Translations under genes and position numbers: made by a program | Source of the DNA: Eledone cirrhosa | Lineage: Eukaryota | Length of the DNA stretch: 64,000 nucleotides | Assembly: GCA_964016885.1 (NCBI GenBank) | Contig: OZ024740.1 | Coordinates: 83,886,001 to 83,950,000, forward strand | Direction: 5' to 3' | Part shown: positions 1-13,319 of the stretch, piece after piece | Layout: every line of letters starts with the position of its first letter | Position numbering within the stretch: the stretch's first letter is position 1 | Notes under the pieces: model-generated | What the model saw: the letters and a program-made list of their open reading frames with translations, nothing else | Told to the model about the DNA's origin: nothing | Database searches by the model: none

Positions 1-265
1 CTCCTTGATGTTATTTCCTTCTTGGATATCCCCTGGCCTACTGTCCCCTCCTTCAGTACAGTTCTGAGCATTGGCTCCTTACTATAGGTCACGTATTTGT
101 ATAGGTTGTTTTTCTCCATCTGAACACAGTCCTCTATGCTGATAAGACCTCTTCCACCCTCAGATCTCCTTAGGTAGAGTCTATCGACATCACTCCTCTT
201 GTGGAACATGTTGTAGATAGTCAATAGCTTCCTAGTCTTCCTAACCATTTCTTTTTGTTCAGCAA
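1..265 (-). pseudogene. Fragment of an R4/Dong-type non-LTR retrotransposon, post-RT (thumb) region
   Basis: Minus strand translates as ...RKTRKLLTIYNMFHKRSDVDRLYLRRSEGGRGLISIEDC..., homologous to the HPKADTDRIYIPRKEGGR segment of ORF 4041..4859; abuts (TAA)n at about 269-308. Confidence 0.8.
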
Positions 266-267
266 CA

Positions 268-308
<41 letters not shown>

Positions 309-309
<1 letters not shown>

Positions 310-1331
310 TCTTTGAGTCTCAGTCATTGATGTTAGTTAACTGGAAAGTTTGTTGAGATGAATATCAAGCCACTACCTGCAGCCTCAGATATTCAGGACG
401 TATCGGAGAGTTCTTGCTGTTCCCAGCAAGCATGCCTTTTGAAGCGTTCCAAAAAGCGTGAAGGGGCCAATTTTCTTTAACCATCCCTGGAAACTTTTTG
501 AGATAGTCCCTAGTGCACCTATGACAATCGGGATCACTTTGACTTCATGGCAGTTCCAAATCCTTTTTATCTCCCACTTTAAGTCCTGGTATCGGTTAAT
601 TTTCTCCCTCTCCTTCTCTTGCACTCTCGTGTCGAATGGGCAGGCCATATCCACAATCAGGCACGATCTTTTTTCTTTGTCCAAAACCACCAGGTCAGGT
701 CTATTGTGTTCCAGTTTCTTGTCCGTCTGTATCTTAAAATCCCTGTAGAACAGGTGATTAATGGTTTTGTCATAGACTCTATATCCATGTTTTGTTTCAT
801 TGAGCATTTTACTTAATGGTATAAGTGCGATGCAGAATAAAAGCGGTGATAAAGAGTCACCCTGAAAAATTCCACAATTAATATTAACTTCTCCAGCTTC
901 CAGTGATTTTGTTTCACTAATCAAAAGGAGTGTCGTTCTCCATGTCTTCATACTGAACGACAAAAACCTCCTGACAACGGGGGATATTTTGAAAATCTCT
1001 AAACATTTTTCAATCCAACTGTGTGGCAAACTATCGAATGCTTTTTTATAATCTATCCAAGCAATCGATAGATTTTTGTGTCTATTATGACAATCTTCCA
1101 GTATCATTTTGTTAACCAGAAGCTGATCCTTACAGCCATATGAGCCTCGTTTACACCCTTTCTGCTCAATGGGAAATAGGTCATTTGTTATCAGGTGGTC
1201 ATATGTGTATTCAGTTAGGACTGATGTTAAAATTTTATACATTGTGGTCAAGCAGGTTATCGGTCTGTAATTTTTGGGATTGTTTGTCTCATCATTCTTC
1301 GGTAGCAGGAATGTAATGCCGTTAACTAGCC

Positions 1332-1333
<2 letters not shown>
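309..1333 (-). mobile_element. Internally deleted or chimeric R4/Dong-type non-LTR element: RT N-half fused in frame to a restriction-like endonuclease, plus 3' UTR
   Basis: ORF 385..1404 has NYRPITCL, WIDYKKAFDS and GIFQGDSLSPLLF (RT), then jumps at NHLFY to DFKIQTD..NRPD..IVDMACP..K..Y (PD-(D/E)xK REL domain). Both ends abut (TAA)n. The N-terminal poly-N is translated microsatellite. Confidence 0.85.
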
Positions 1334-1395
<62 letters not shown>

Positions 1396-1480
1396 TATAT
1401 ACAATATAATATTATAATATATAATATAATGTTATACTATTATAATATATAATATAATATTATAATATATATATATATAA

Positions 1481-1692
1481 GGGTGGTGGATTGGCAGTAT
1501 CGGTGGAGGGTCGGACGCCATGCTTTCTAGCATAGTTACGTCCCTTTACGATCTGAGTTCAAATCCCGCCGAGGTTGACTTTGCCTTTCATCCTTACGGG
1601 GTCGATAAAATAATGTACCAGTAATGCACTGAGTAATTGCTGGCCTTGTGCCTAAAGTAGAAACAGTTATTATTATTATATATTATTATTAT
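1481..1692 (+). mobile_element. tRNA-derived SINE
   Basis: A-box-like TGGCAGTATCGG, B-box GAGTTCAAATCCC, body GCCTTTCATCCTTACGGGGTCGATAAAAT and a (TTA)n tail; further copies occur in the window. Confidence 0.85.
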
Positions 1693-1696
1693 TATA

Positions 1697-1727
<31 letters not shown>

Positions 1728-3140
1728 GCGTGTGTATGTGTGTGTATATATATATATAGAGAGAGAGATAGACTCTTAAATGCAAGCACACTCATACACA
1801 TATATTGGAATCTTTGAAACTATAATTATCACAGTGCATATAATTTTTACCATAGTTGTTACCATAATTGTTACCATATATAATAGTTGAATAAATCCGG
1901 TAAAGTACTACTGGAGATATATACAGTGATATTTTTAATATGGAAAATATGGGAATCTGCCAAAGTATGATAACATTTAGAAAAAGTGAAATTAAAAATA
2001 AAATCAACCAATAAATGCAATGAAACTGGCTGATAATATATTTAAAAAAATATCGACAACGCCTCGAAATATGCAGACTCAATATTACATCGAGATTTGA
2101 TTTACTTTCGAAAAAAAGAATAATATTAGAAAATACTAGAAAATTCCATGACATGATTCAGTCTTATTTTGAATACACTCCCAAATTCTCTTTGCAATAG
2201 GTTATGAATGTAAACATAGAATGAACTACACAGAGCATATATCTGCGAAACTTATTGACATCAGGAAATTTAAAATGAAATAAATATACTTGAAAAAGTG
2301 CTACTACACTTAAAATACTCCAGGATATAAATTTCATATAGCATTTTTCATTTTAGATTTCTTTCAATCTAAAATATGTTTCATATATTTAAAATTGTTC
2401 TTCTAACCTTTAATGTTTCAAGTTAATCAGACATCTTTTTTTAGTTATAAACGTTATTCACTCATTTACTTCTGCATTCCCAAATGTTTTTTTTTCTATT
2501 TATATGATTCTAGATTTGATACTTGTAGCATTTTCTTTTTATTATTTATTCACCTTCTTGAAACTTGCTTAGTATATAATATCCTTAACAATTTCTCCCA
2601 ACAGAGCGTACTCCATAACTTGAGTATGATGATATCAAAGAAATGATATATCATTTGTTTACTTTGTTTGTGACTTAATATATTTAGAAATACATTTCTG
2701 CTTTGCAAGGTGTTTACTAGAATGTGATAAATTCTAGTAAAGCACTTTCGTTCTATTTATGTAAAAATATGTAAAAGTAGAGATTTAATTACAGAGTAAA
2801 AAAATTTAAAAGATATCATTAACCACGAAAATTCATGTATCGTATCTCAGATATTTTACGTTTCTGATTATCAAATTGACTAGAGCAAGTCTAGTTGTGT
2901 GTCATTATACGAAAAAAAAAATCATATTCGCATATACATAGGAATATGATTTTAGAAAAAAAACGAAAAATAAAAAAATAAAAAATTGCTCCTGCATAGT
3001 ATTTCTTAATTTGAAATTAAATCAAGTTTCTCCTTGTAATATATATCCCATCTCTACTGAACAGAACTCTTCAAGACAAAGTGATGAGTAACGATAAGAA
3101 ATACTTTACCACGACATGGGAAAAAGTGCATCTTTATTAA

Positions 3141-3340
3141 GTGCAGTGGATTGGCAGTATCGGTAGAGAGTCGGACGCCATGCTTTCCAGCATAGTTACG
3201 TCCCTTAACGGTCTGAGTTCAAATCCCGCCGAGGTTCACTTTGCCTTTCATCCTTACTGGGTTGATAAAATAACGTACCAGTAATGTACGGGATAATTGC
3301 TGGCCTTGTGCCAAAAAAGTAGAAACAATTATTATTATTA
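3141..3340 (+). mobile_element. tRNA-derived SINE (same family as 1481)
   Basis: Near-identical to 1481-1692, with B-box and TTA tail. Confidence 0.85.
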
Positions 3341-3341
3341 T

Positions 3342-6300
3342 AGTTGCATTTATCTTGCTTTATATTCATACAAGTTATCACCAAGTCACAACCAGTGACC
3401 TCAAGAGACAACAAGGTCCGCCATGTTCAAGAAAGAACATACATACACACACACATGCATCTTTAGGTGTTTAGACTTGTGATGTACTTATATTGACAGA
3501 ATCTTCCTTAGTATATGGGCAGTCCCCATTAGTACTATCTTTTCTATTTCTCCTATACGCGGGTTTCCTGGGATTTACGATAAGTAATCATTAGACCCCT
3601 TAGGTATCTTTACTAGGGCGCCTACAACCACTGGTATTGTTTTATTTTTCAACTTCCACATTTTCTCAATTTTTATCTCCAGGTCTTTATAGTTGCTCAA
3701 TTTTTCAAATGTTTTTATAGATACATTCTTGTCTATTGGAACGGACATATCAATTAGCAGGCACACCCTCTTTTTAAAGTCCTTCAGTATTATATCAGGT
3801 CTATTTGCATTTATTTTTCGGTCTGTTTGGATGCTAAAGTTCCATAATATTGAGATGTGATCTTTTTCAAGTACGAGAGGTGGTAGATGCTCCCACCAAT
3901 TCTTTTGATGGGGCAAGTCAAGATTCTTACACATTATCCAATGTATGTATTTTGAAGCTCTGTCGTGCCTGTTTAGGTATTCGGTTGGAGCTATATGATT
4001 GCACATTGAAGTTTAATGATCAATGGTCTCTGGTTGTTTTTTACATACACGATATAATGGGTTGCATCCATTTTTTTATTATGTTGGCTTGATAATTTGT
4101 TGTTGCCAGACACTGATCTTGTGCTGATATAATCAGTCCTTCAGTCTCCGATTCCAGTCCAGAGGATGCCAACCACTGATGAGTTAAAGTTTTGTCAACA
4201 TCAGGATTGCTAGCTCTTTCTGGATATTTTCCATACAGAGTCCTTTCTTGCCATTTCTTGGCCAGTTTCTGTAGCAGTTCTTTCTTTGCAGTTATGTTTA
4301 CCCGCTTTGCTTTTTCAGTGTTTTTCATTTCAGCAGTAAATGGAACTTCTGAAATGTGTAGTTCATTACTGTATCTTTGTGCATCTTTTGTAATGGAATA
4401 TGATCTTTTCATGCTTTCATGTTTCAAAACGAGTTTGATCATCCAATCATGTGATTCCCTTAGATATGTAGATAATCCAATTGTTGCAGTTTTCAAAGCA
4501 ATATCTAACTGGATTAATCGACGTCCTCCTTCTTTCCTAGGGATATATATTCTATCTGTATCTGCCTTAGGGTGATGCATTCTGTGCATGGTTAAGAATT
4601 TTCTAATTTTTGTAGCGAGACTACGGATCTCTGTGCTTGACCAGTTGATGACATTGTAACTGTAGGTTACTACTGGTATGGCAAGCGTGTTTATGGCATC
4701 GATTCTATTCCTTAAATTCAATTCCGTTCTTAAGATTGCTCTTACTCTGCGGTAACATTCCTTCCTTACCCTTTCCCTCATTGTCGAGTGCTTGATTCCG
4801 TCTCCTTCACAAACACCTAGATATCTGTATGTTTCCTCTTGATCAAGTTCTCTTATCACATTCCCCCGATCAAGATTAATGTTTGAACTTCTCAGCAGCT
4901 TTCCTCTGGTGAACGCGGCTTTGGCGCATTTGTCTAGTCCAAACTCATATCATCACTGAACTGCTCATCATTTTTTGGAAATAGTTTCAGGTCATCCATG
5001 TAGAACAAGTGATTAATGGTTTTGTCATAGACTTTATATCCATATTTTGTTTCATTGAGCATTTTACTTAACGTTATAACTGCGATCCAGAATAAAAGCG
5101 GTGATAAAGAGTCACCCTGAAAAATTCCACAATTAATATTAACTTCTCCAGCTTTTTCACTATTCAAAAGGAGTGTCATTTTCCATGTCTTCATACTGAA
5201 TGACAGGAACCTCCTGACAACGGGAGATATTTTGAAAATCTCTAAACACTTTTCAATCCAACCGTGTGGCAAACTATCGAATGCTTTTTTGTAATAATCT
5301 ATGCAAGCAATCGATAGATTTTTGTGTCTATTATGACAATCGTCCAATATCATTTTGTTAACCAAAAGCTGATCGTTACAGCCATATGAGCTTCGTTTAC
5401 ACCCTTTCTGCTCATTGGGAAATAGATCATTTGTTATCAGGTGATCATATGTATATTCATTTAAGACTGATGTTAAAATGTTATACATTGTGGTCAAGCA
5501 AGTTATCGGTCTGTAATTTTTGGAATTGTTTGTTTCATTATTCTTCGGAAGTAGGAATGTAATGTCGTTAACTAGCCATGATGGTATCTTTTCTGGCTCC
5601 TTAACCATTTCATTGTAAAGTTGCTCATGAGGCTCTGTGAAACCATTTCTCCAAAAATGTTGGTATTTTTTCTTTCCCTGGGGATTTCCATTTACTGGAT
5701 TTTCTAAGAGCTAAATGCAGATGTTTAACTGTTATATTTTCCCATGTGAGCTGTATTTGCAGACATTTGTCTGTCTATCCATGGGGCATGTATATTATGA
5801 ACTTTTTCTTCGGTCCAGAATTCTTGCATTTCCTCCTTGGGTGGTATTGATTTAGCAGTTATTGTTGACTTGCCAATTCTTCTGTAGAAGTTTCTTTGGT
5901 TGTTTGTGAACATATTATTGTCCTTATAGAATCTAGATGGTTTTTCAAACCGCCTTATACGAGCAGCTTTGGCCGACACCTTTTGCCTGATTGTTTCTAT
6001 CAGGACGTCTATGTCACTTGATGATTTTATAGTGTATTTTCTTTTCAATTGTCTAAGTTTAGTTTGTTTAACATGCTCACCTACTTTGTAGTTTGTTAAC
6101 ATTTCTATGACAGATCGGAGAAGGTTTATTTGGCGATTGATGTTCTCTTGCCAAGTAGGTTTTTTTTGTGGGGTTCCTTTGTTTTTTTCATTTTCACTCC
6201 ACATAAGTGAGTAGTGACTTTAGCCGATGCATAATAGAGATGATTTAGATCAGTAATGTTTAGTTTATTTGTGATGATAATGATTTTTGAGAGTTATGTT

Positions 6301-7278
6301 AGTCTTGTGTATTATCCTTTGGTTTTGTTTGGAGTTCTGGATATTCGGAGAGTGTCTCGTTCCCCCATGTCAGATTCTTTCATTTTCATCCATTCGATCA
6401 TAATTTCATCCTTCAAGTCGGAGAGTTCATTCTCATTCATTTCTTTATCACTGACGATCTCATTGTTTTCATTTTGAATTTCATCTTTAGCATGCACACC
6501 TTCCAATTTTTCGATCATTTCTTTAATTTGTTCCGCTGTCAGTGATTCCACCCCAATCCTGGGATTTAAAGTGTTACCTCATTTCCACTGACACATGTTT
6601 CATTTTCCCTTCGCTGACTTTGCGCTAATTGCTTGATCTGATTAATTTCTTTCTATATCAATTAGTAACTTTTCTTAACAATATTTATTTGTATATTAAC
6701 TAGTTTGTTACTGTCAATATAGCCTCTGTGTTCGGGATGTTTCTTTTTCCAGTTGACATAAGTCTGTTCCGTATTCGATCTATTTGATGGGTAGTACATG
6801 GCAGTGTAGAAAGCCTCAAGGACTTCTTTATTGTCTTCCCTTGACTATTTTTCTCTCTTTTTCTTTGGATTTCTTGGTGGTGAGCATGGAGGGCCAACAG
6901 TAGGAGTATTCCGGTTATGGGAGGTCTCCAGCTCCGAATTGATGGGAAGGTTTGAACCACTAGCTGATTTTTCGACCCCAGTCTGGTTCCTCTCTGAGGG
7001 GCGCGGCCCTTTTTGACCCGGGTGACGGCCGATCCGGTATGAGATTTTATCATTTGACATTGGCTTTATTTTGTTGCGTTTTATCCTTAACAAACAAGGT
7101 TACCACTCTTAGCACGAGTGTCAACCAAGACTAGAGGGGTCGTCCTGCCCTAGAGAAACGGCTATTCCCCGCCGGCCGCCATCCCGGTATTTCTTCGTCA
7201 CGGGTTTTGGGGTTTTTTTTAAATTGTTATTTTCTTGAGTGGTTCCTTAATGTGAGCCCTTCGTGGCTGAGGAAGAAA
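3342..7278 (-). mobile_element. Near full-length decayed R4/Dong-type non-LTR retrotransposon (RT + REL endonuclease)
   Basis: Collinear frameshifted ORFs 6845..7093, 6312..6551, 5725..6204, 4934..5608 (RT, YMDD), 4041..4859 (YLG, thumb) and 3575..4006 (RHD, NRPD, IDMSVP). The 3' end abuts the (TAA)n tail of the SINE. Confidence 0.9.
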
Positions 7279-7394
7279 TTATTATCAATAATGTAATATA
7301 CTTTTTGTTGAAGTTGCATCTTCCTTGCCATGAGAAAGAAATTATTATTAATAATGTAATATACATTTTGTTGAAGTTGCCTCTTCATTGCCAT
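7275..7394. repeat. Tandem duplication of about 60 bp
   Basis: GAAATTATTATxAATAATGTAATATAC..TTTTGTTGAAGTTGC..CTTC.TTGCCAT occurs twice. Confidence 0.8.
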
Positions 7395-8139
7395 AGCCGT
7401 TAACTTTTGCCCGAGTCACTATGTCTGTTTATTTATATCTTTTGTCGGCCTGCCCCTTGTCTAGTGTTAGCGCCACCTTCCCCTTTCTTAAGTTAACAGA
7501 ATGTAGTGGAGGAATAGTAGTAGTAGCAATGATGGAGTGGTGGCGGCGGGGATGGGATAGTGGTAGTGTAGTGATGGCGTTGTCGCTACTGAATTCTGTT
7601 GAATAGACTGTAGCTAGTATGCGTTTGTTTGATCTGTATATCTATGCGGTTTGTCGGTTATGTTTAATATACATGTTGATATATTTGAATTAGATATTTT
7701 GAGAAAACTTGAGATACAATAATAATTATTATTATTATGCTGGGATTGGTGGTGGTGAAATTTCCGTTATCTGGCTGTTGTATTTAGTGTAAACAAAGTG
7801 GGGGGGGGTTAGGTGGTGTATCTAGGTTGTGGTGGTGAAATTGCCGTTATTTGGCTGTTCTATTTAGTGTAGACAGAAGAGGATTTCTTCCATTTATAAC
7901 CATTTTCTTTTTTTAATATAAAATTTCCAATACAAAATTGAATATTTGAGCCATATGCGAGGGTGTTATGGGTGCCTATTTCCTGAGGGATAAAAAACTG
8001 GTGCCTTATGTCCCATTTTTACTAAGAATTGTTACATCACAATTGTTTTAAATATGTTAAAAATCAAAAACTTACGGGAGCGATTCCATAACACGCTATC
8101 CACCACTTGCGTCTTCTTCCCTTTTTCGTGTGTCTTCTT

Positions 8140-8670
8140 TGAAACTGAGGCTTGTTTGTATAATTGCAAACGAATCGAATATTATTATTAATATTCGAAA
8201 AACTCAGATTACATTTATTCTATTCAGCCATGTAGACCGAAAATCTTTTTATTTATTTGAATGTGGCAAAGCCGGCCATTTATCGCTCGTATACAGGAAA
8301 CTGACTGGCCAGTCTGCTGATATGCAAATCTGGCTGATCAGTGGACCTGCTAATATGCAGATATGACTGAGCTGCCTGCTTGCTAATATGCAAATCAGGC
8401 CGATCAGTCACCACTGTATATTTGAGAAAATACCATATATTTTCACGAGCTCTGAGAGTTGGCTGGTGAACAGTGAGATGTACTGATGAAGGGTGAAACA
8501 TTAGTGTCTGCAGTTCTGTTTACTAGCCAACACAAGAGGAAGAAGGAATGGTTCATTCTACTGACATGGCTTTAAAAATGAGGCTTCTTTGGAGAATTGC
8601 AAACGAATCGAATGTTATTATTAATTCGAAAAACTCAGATTACATTTATTGTATTCAGCCATGTGGAGCG
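8140..8670. repeat. Element with about 110-bp direct repeats (8145-8255, 8578-8665) around short ATGCAAAT-containing tandem repeats and a hammerhead-like core
   Basis: TGAGGCTT...AATTGCAAACGAATCGAAT...GAAAAACTCAGATTACATTTATT.TATTCAGCCATGT occurs twice. Confidence 0.65.
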
Positions 8671-8767
8671 ATTTTTTTTTACATATATATATATATATAA
8701 AAACAAATAACGAAACGAAATTAAACTTCGTTTCGTTTGTAACTCACTTTTGTATGACTGACGCTTA

Positions 8768-8985
8768 AACAATTAAGTTAAAGATGTACATCCATATATG
8801 TATACTGAAATACTAGTATGTATATGAATACACACACGTATACATATGTAGATGTACCAAGTTTTTTCACTGGTCACTTTACTGTGAGTGGCCAGCTATT
8901 CTGTATGTAAACACACAGACAAACCGTGTGTGTATTCATATACATTTCAGTATACATATATGGATGTACATCTTTAACTTAATTG

Positions 8986-8987
<2 letters not shown>
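8768..8987. repeat. Inverted repeat, arms about 65 bp
   Basis: AACAATTAAGTTAAAGATGTACATCCATATATGTATACTGAAAT... is the reverse complement of 8925-8987. Confidence 0.85.
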
Positions 8988-9032
<45 letters not shown>

Positions 9033-9122
9033 AAGAGGTGTGGTAAAGAACCATGTGGACCATAGCACACCAGAGTACTCGATATTTAGGGTAGTAGAGT
9101 GGGTAATAGGAAAAGAGTCAGG

Positions 9123-9218
9123 ACCCCGACGGCTGAGCTCCGGCCGTTTCGACAGCTACATCTGAACTAACGCAGTAGTGTTAGGACGGCAGTAGTCTAG
9201 CTGAATTTGTCAATGAGT
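9123..9218 (-). ncRNA. Type I hammerhead ribozyme, U3:A8 core variant, long stem II
   Basis: ACUCA-UUGACAA-..CAGCUA...UAGCUG-UC-GAAACGGC..GCCGUC/GGGGU; homologous to 59041-59134. Confidence 0.65.
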
Positions 9219-10774
9219 ATAATCTATATATGGGCATGCAATGAGAGCGTAGCAATAGAGTCATAGCAAAAAATTCTAAAAGTTGTTTTTCCTTTCTGTC
9301 ACGGGGAGTGGTCAACACTTAAACAAAAACGATGAACTTGTTACCTCTTCACAACCCGGGTGGGTAGACCTCAGCTGTACCCTTTTCCTATGTGTAGACT
9401 AAGATAGAGGAAATCCCAGCATACTTTGGTAGAAGTAGAAATTTGTATTTTTATTTTTTCTTCTCTTATTTTGCTTTTTTCTTCATTAGTTACACACTCT
9501 AATTACACTTAGATGGCTCATCGCTTATGTACACTATTATATCCAGCTTCATTCTTCCTTAGATTAACCCTAGTATTTCCATTCCTGTTAAATATATATA
9601 GCACCGGGCGAACATATAGCAAGTGTTTTCTCTTTCGGGGAGGTGCATTATTACGGTCGATAATTTTGATGAATTACTACTGATGCTGTCCTAGTGTATT
9701 GGAGGGACTAAATTTAATTATTTTGGAATTTTATATTAAATTATATTTGCTTTGCTTTCTAGCCAAGGCTTGACCTATTAATTCTACAACATATCCTTGT
9801 TTATCATAGGTTCTCACCCTCTTTAGAAATAGCTGTATAGAATTCTCTCTTAACGCATGACCGGCCTGGCATCCACGGGTCAGATTGTCATCTTACTACC
9901 TCCCCTTGTTCTACAGGGAAGTTCAGCTACACCCACCTCCTCCCGGCGCTATGAAGGAATGTAACTGTGTTTATAAAACTTTGACCACTCCACGTGACGG
10001 AAAGGAAAAACAACTTTTAGAATTGTTTGATATGATTCTATTGCTACGCTCTCATTGCAAGCCCATATATGGAATATACCCCTTGATAAGTTCAGCGAGT
10101 TGACAAACTTTTTTCATATGTAACCCATTTGCAACTCCGCAGCGCCCTTATTATCATATTTACACATATTTTTTCCTCTGCTGCTACACCGTCTTTTTCG
10201 TTCTATGTATCTTTACCCTTTCTAGCAGTCTCTCTCTCTGTTAGCCACTTCATCACCTCACCCTTCACTCACTCATTCTCTGTCACTACCTCTCCTTCTC
10301 CTCCTCTTTCTTCCCGTTTGACCTGTGAGTAACTCTTTTCTCTCACATTCTCGGCCAAGCTGGTCGGAATTTTTTTTCTCTCTCGTCTACGATTTCACAG
10401 AACTTATGTTTACCGAATTCGCAGACCAGACCCCTTCTTCCCCCCGTTAAACCTGTGCGAAATTCCTTCCTTGCTCACATTTCAATCAGGTTTGATGGTC
10501 TTTATTCTCTCGTTCACGATTTCACCGAACTTAAATTCATAGAAATCTGGGACTTGTCTCCTTTCCTCACTTTCTGTTGCCTCACCATTTTGTTTGTTTA
10601 CCCTCGCGTCCCCTTTATTTACGTGTCCCAACGACTTTTTTTAGCCGTTGCTCGCACCAACCGGAGGTATATGGTCTTTAAAGCGATGAAATGCCTATGA
10701 TAGTTGGAAGATCACTGATGAAGGACAAACTTTTTTCATATGTAACCCATTTGCAACTCCGCAGCGCCCTTATT

Positions 10775-10825
<51 letters not shown>

Positions 10826-10871
10826 GAAGTAACAGGAGGCTGGACTGGTGTAAATCCTTGAAAGGTTTATT

Positions 10872-10929
10872 ATACTATGATCATTTCAATGACCGGGTTC
10901 CATATGAATCCGGTGATATCATCAGGTAT
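10872..10929 (-). ncRNA. Type I hammerhead ribozyme (PLE-type)
   Basis: AUAC-CUGAUGA-stem II (ACCGG..UUC/GAA..CCGGU)-GAAAUGAUCAUA/GUAU with palindromic stem III; second copy at 39596. Confidence 0.8.
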
Positions 10930-11016
10930 TGGAATATAACAAAGGAATATGTAAAAAGCCATGGATTGACCATACGGAATGACCAGTTCTATCCAGTGGT
11001 GAACCAACAAACCTTA

Positions 11017-11084
<68 letters not shown>

Positions 11085-11604
11085 GTAATAATAATACATG
11101 CGAAGACTAAAATCCAAAGAGGACTCGATAAGGATAAATATATATCAAATATATAAGAACCCTAGAGCAAATATTTATTAAAATAACAGATTAAAGTTTA
11201 AGCAAAGAATTTTTGCTTTCACCCTTAACGGGATGTTCTAAAACTAAAAAAAGACAATTTGTGAACACAGAAGTAAATATTTCGAAAGACGTTTATGGTA
11301 TAAATGGAGTCATTAGACTAATATTTTATTTAGGAAACCGAATGATTCTCGCCTTCGGAGTTAAGAATAATGTAAATAAATTAGTTGAACGAAAATGACA
11401 GAGGTTATTCAAATCATAAAAGTAAATATATACACACACACATATACATATACACGCATAAATATATATGCATAAATACGTATATAACGCTCACATACAC
11501 ATACCTATAGGTAAATACACATATGTTCACCAAACGTATATATACCATATATATAAATATATAAATATATACGCATTTATGCGTATATATTCATATATAT
11601 GTAT

Positions 11605-11689
<85 letters not shown>

Positions 11690-11729
11690 CAGATGTGAGA
11701 AAAACCACAGACCCTCCATCTCAACTCTA

Positions 11730-11766
11730 CTTTTGAAAAGCAGAAGAACTGCGAAACCGGTAAAGG
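11730..11766 (+). ncRNA. Minimal type I hammerhead, U3:A8 variant, within a repeat of about 190 bp (11700-11895)
   Basis: CUU-UUGAAAA-GCAG AAGAA CUGC-GAAACCGGUA/AAG; second copy at 49477. Confidence 0.7.
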
Positions 11767-11905
11767 AACCAAATAAATATATATATATTTTTTTAAAATA
11801 AGACTCCAGTTGCATTTTCGATTTCATCTTTTTTTCCTTATACTTTCACTTGTGTAGGACACCTCGGTTATTTTTCATTCTGTAAAAAAAAATAGACCCC
11901 ACTTT

Positions 11906-11978
<73 letters not shown>

Positions 11979-12352
11979 TTATATATAGTATATTATATTT
12001 GATAATATACGGTATGTTAAATTAAAAACATTTTGAAGACCATTCACTATGAGTTTTAAAGTAATGACTACGACACTCGTTAGCGGTTGTCAAGATTACA
12101 TACCCCTTCGCTTCTGCCGAGCGTTATAGAAGCTGGATTCATACAGTGGTGTTTAAGAGCTGATTAAACAGAGCGGTTGCCGGTCCAGAAAAAATAAGGA
12201 ATTAGTAATTGAAATAGCGATGTATGTATGAATGTATGTATCGTATATTTGATAATATACTGTATGATTGATTAAAAACATTTTGAAGGCCATTCGCTAT
12301 GAGTTTTAAACTACATTCCTACATACATCGCTACTTCAGAGCACCAATACTA

Positions 12353-12446
<94 letters not shown>

Positions 12447-13319
12447 GTGTTGTCTGTGTGTGGGGGGTGTACATGTATATAAATATTTTCCATATTTTCT
12501 GATGCATTATGAAACTTTGAAAACATATTCTTGCCTCCGTCTATGAGTGTTTCAAGAAGTAATAGGCTGACAATTTAGTAAGGTATACAACAAAACTCAG
12601 TGATTGTATAACCAGATATGTCGAGGTTGTGGCTACCAATATTACTTCTATACTGAAAATATAAATAGATTCCACTTATACTTTTTTAGATGTATTTTTT
12701 CATATTAATACACAGTAAGACATTTATAATCATTCAATATATTCAGTAGTGTGTAAAGCGTACTCTGTAATTTTACATTTGTTGTTCTATGAGATACGTT
12801 CCTTACAATGAATATTATGTGCTATGAATCAGCGGCAGTTAGTTTAACCATTATAATCTTGATTTGCTACAAAGCAATATAAGCGAATTAGTTCTCTCAA
12901 ACAAGCTTTCGATGAAAGATGCCTGATTCAATTGGATGCAGGTCAGTACTAGATGATCGATATGCAGAATTTATCTATCCTTGATATCATCAAGATTGAG
13001 TAATATTTCTGTCATAGATTATCCTTCTTTTTATACACGTCTATGTGCACAAGCCTATGTATTTTATGATAATACAATTAAATGATAAAACGACATTCAT
13101 GGACCCAGAATATGGTTTTATTCTACATTATTCAATCTTTTAAATCCAACTATATATTATCATATATACAGACTTTGCTGTGTACGACGTTGATGCACAA
13201 GCTCTTATCGTGTAGGGCATTGGCTTCAAGTACATACGTGTTCCAACATGATTGGTTCAATCAGTCTTGAGTTATTGCTGTTTATATGCAGATGTGTTTA
13301 TATATTCTGTTACTATTGC

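Noticed and set aside
1481-1570. tRNA gene
   Set aside because: The A/B boxes belong to a multi-copy SINE head; no proper cloverleaf forms.
7100-7278. HDV-like ribozyme in the Dong 5' UTR
   Set aside because: GC-rich hairpins are present, but I could not build the nested double pseudoknot by eye.
12061-12099. U3:A8 hammerhead on the minus strand (GUAAUC-UUGACAA...GUC/AUUAC)
   Set aside because: The GAAA core strand is missing; at best a deleted relic.
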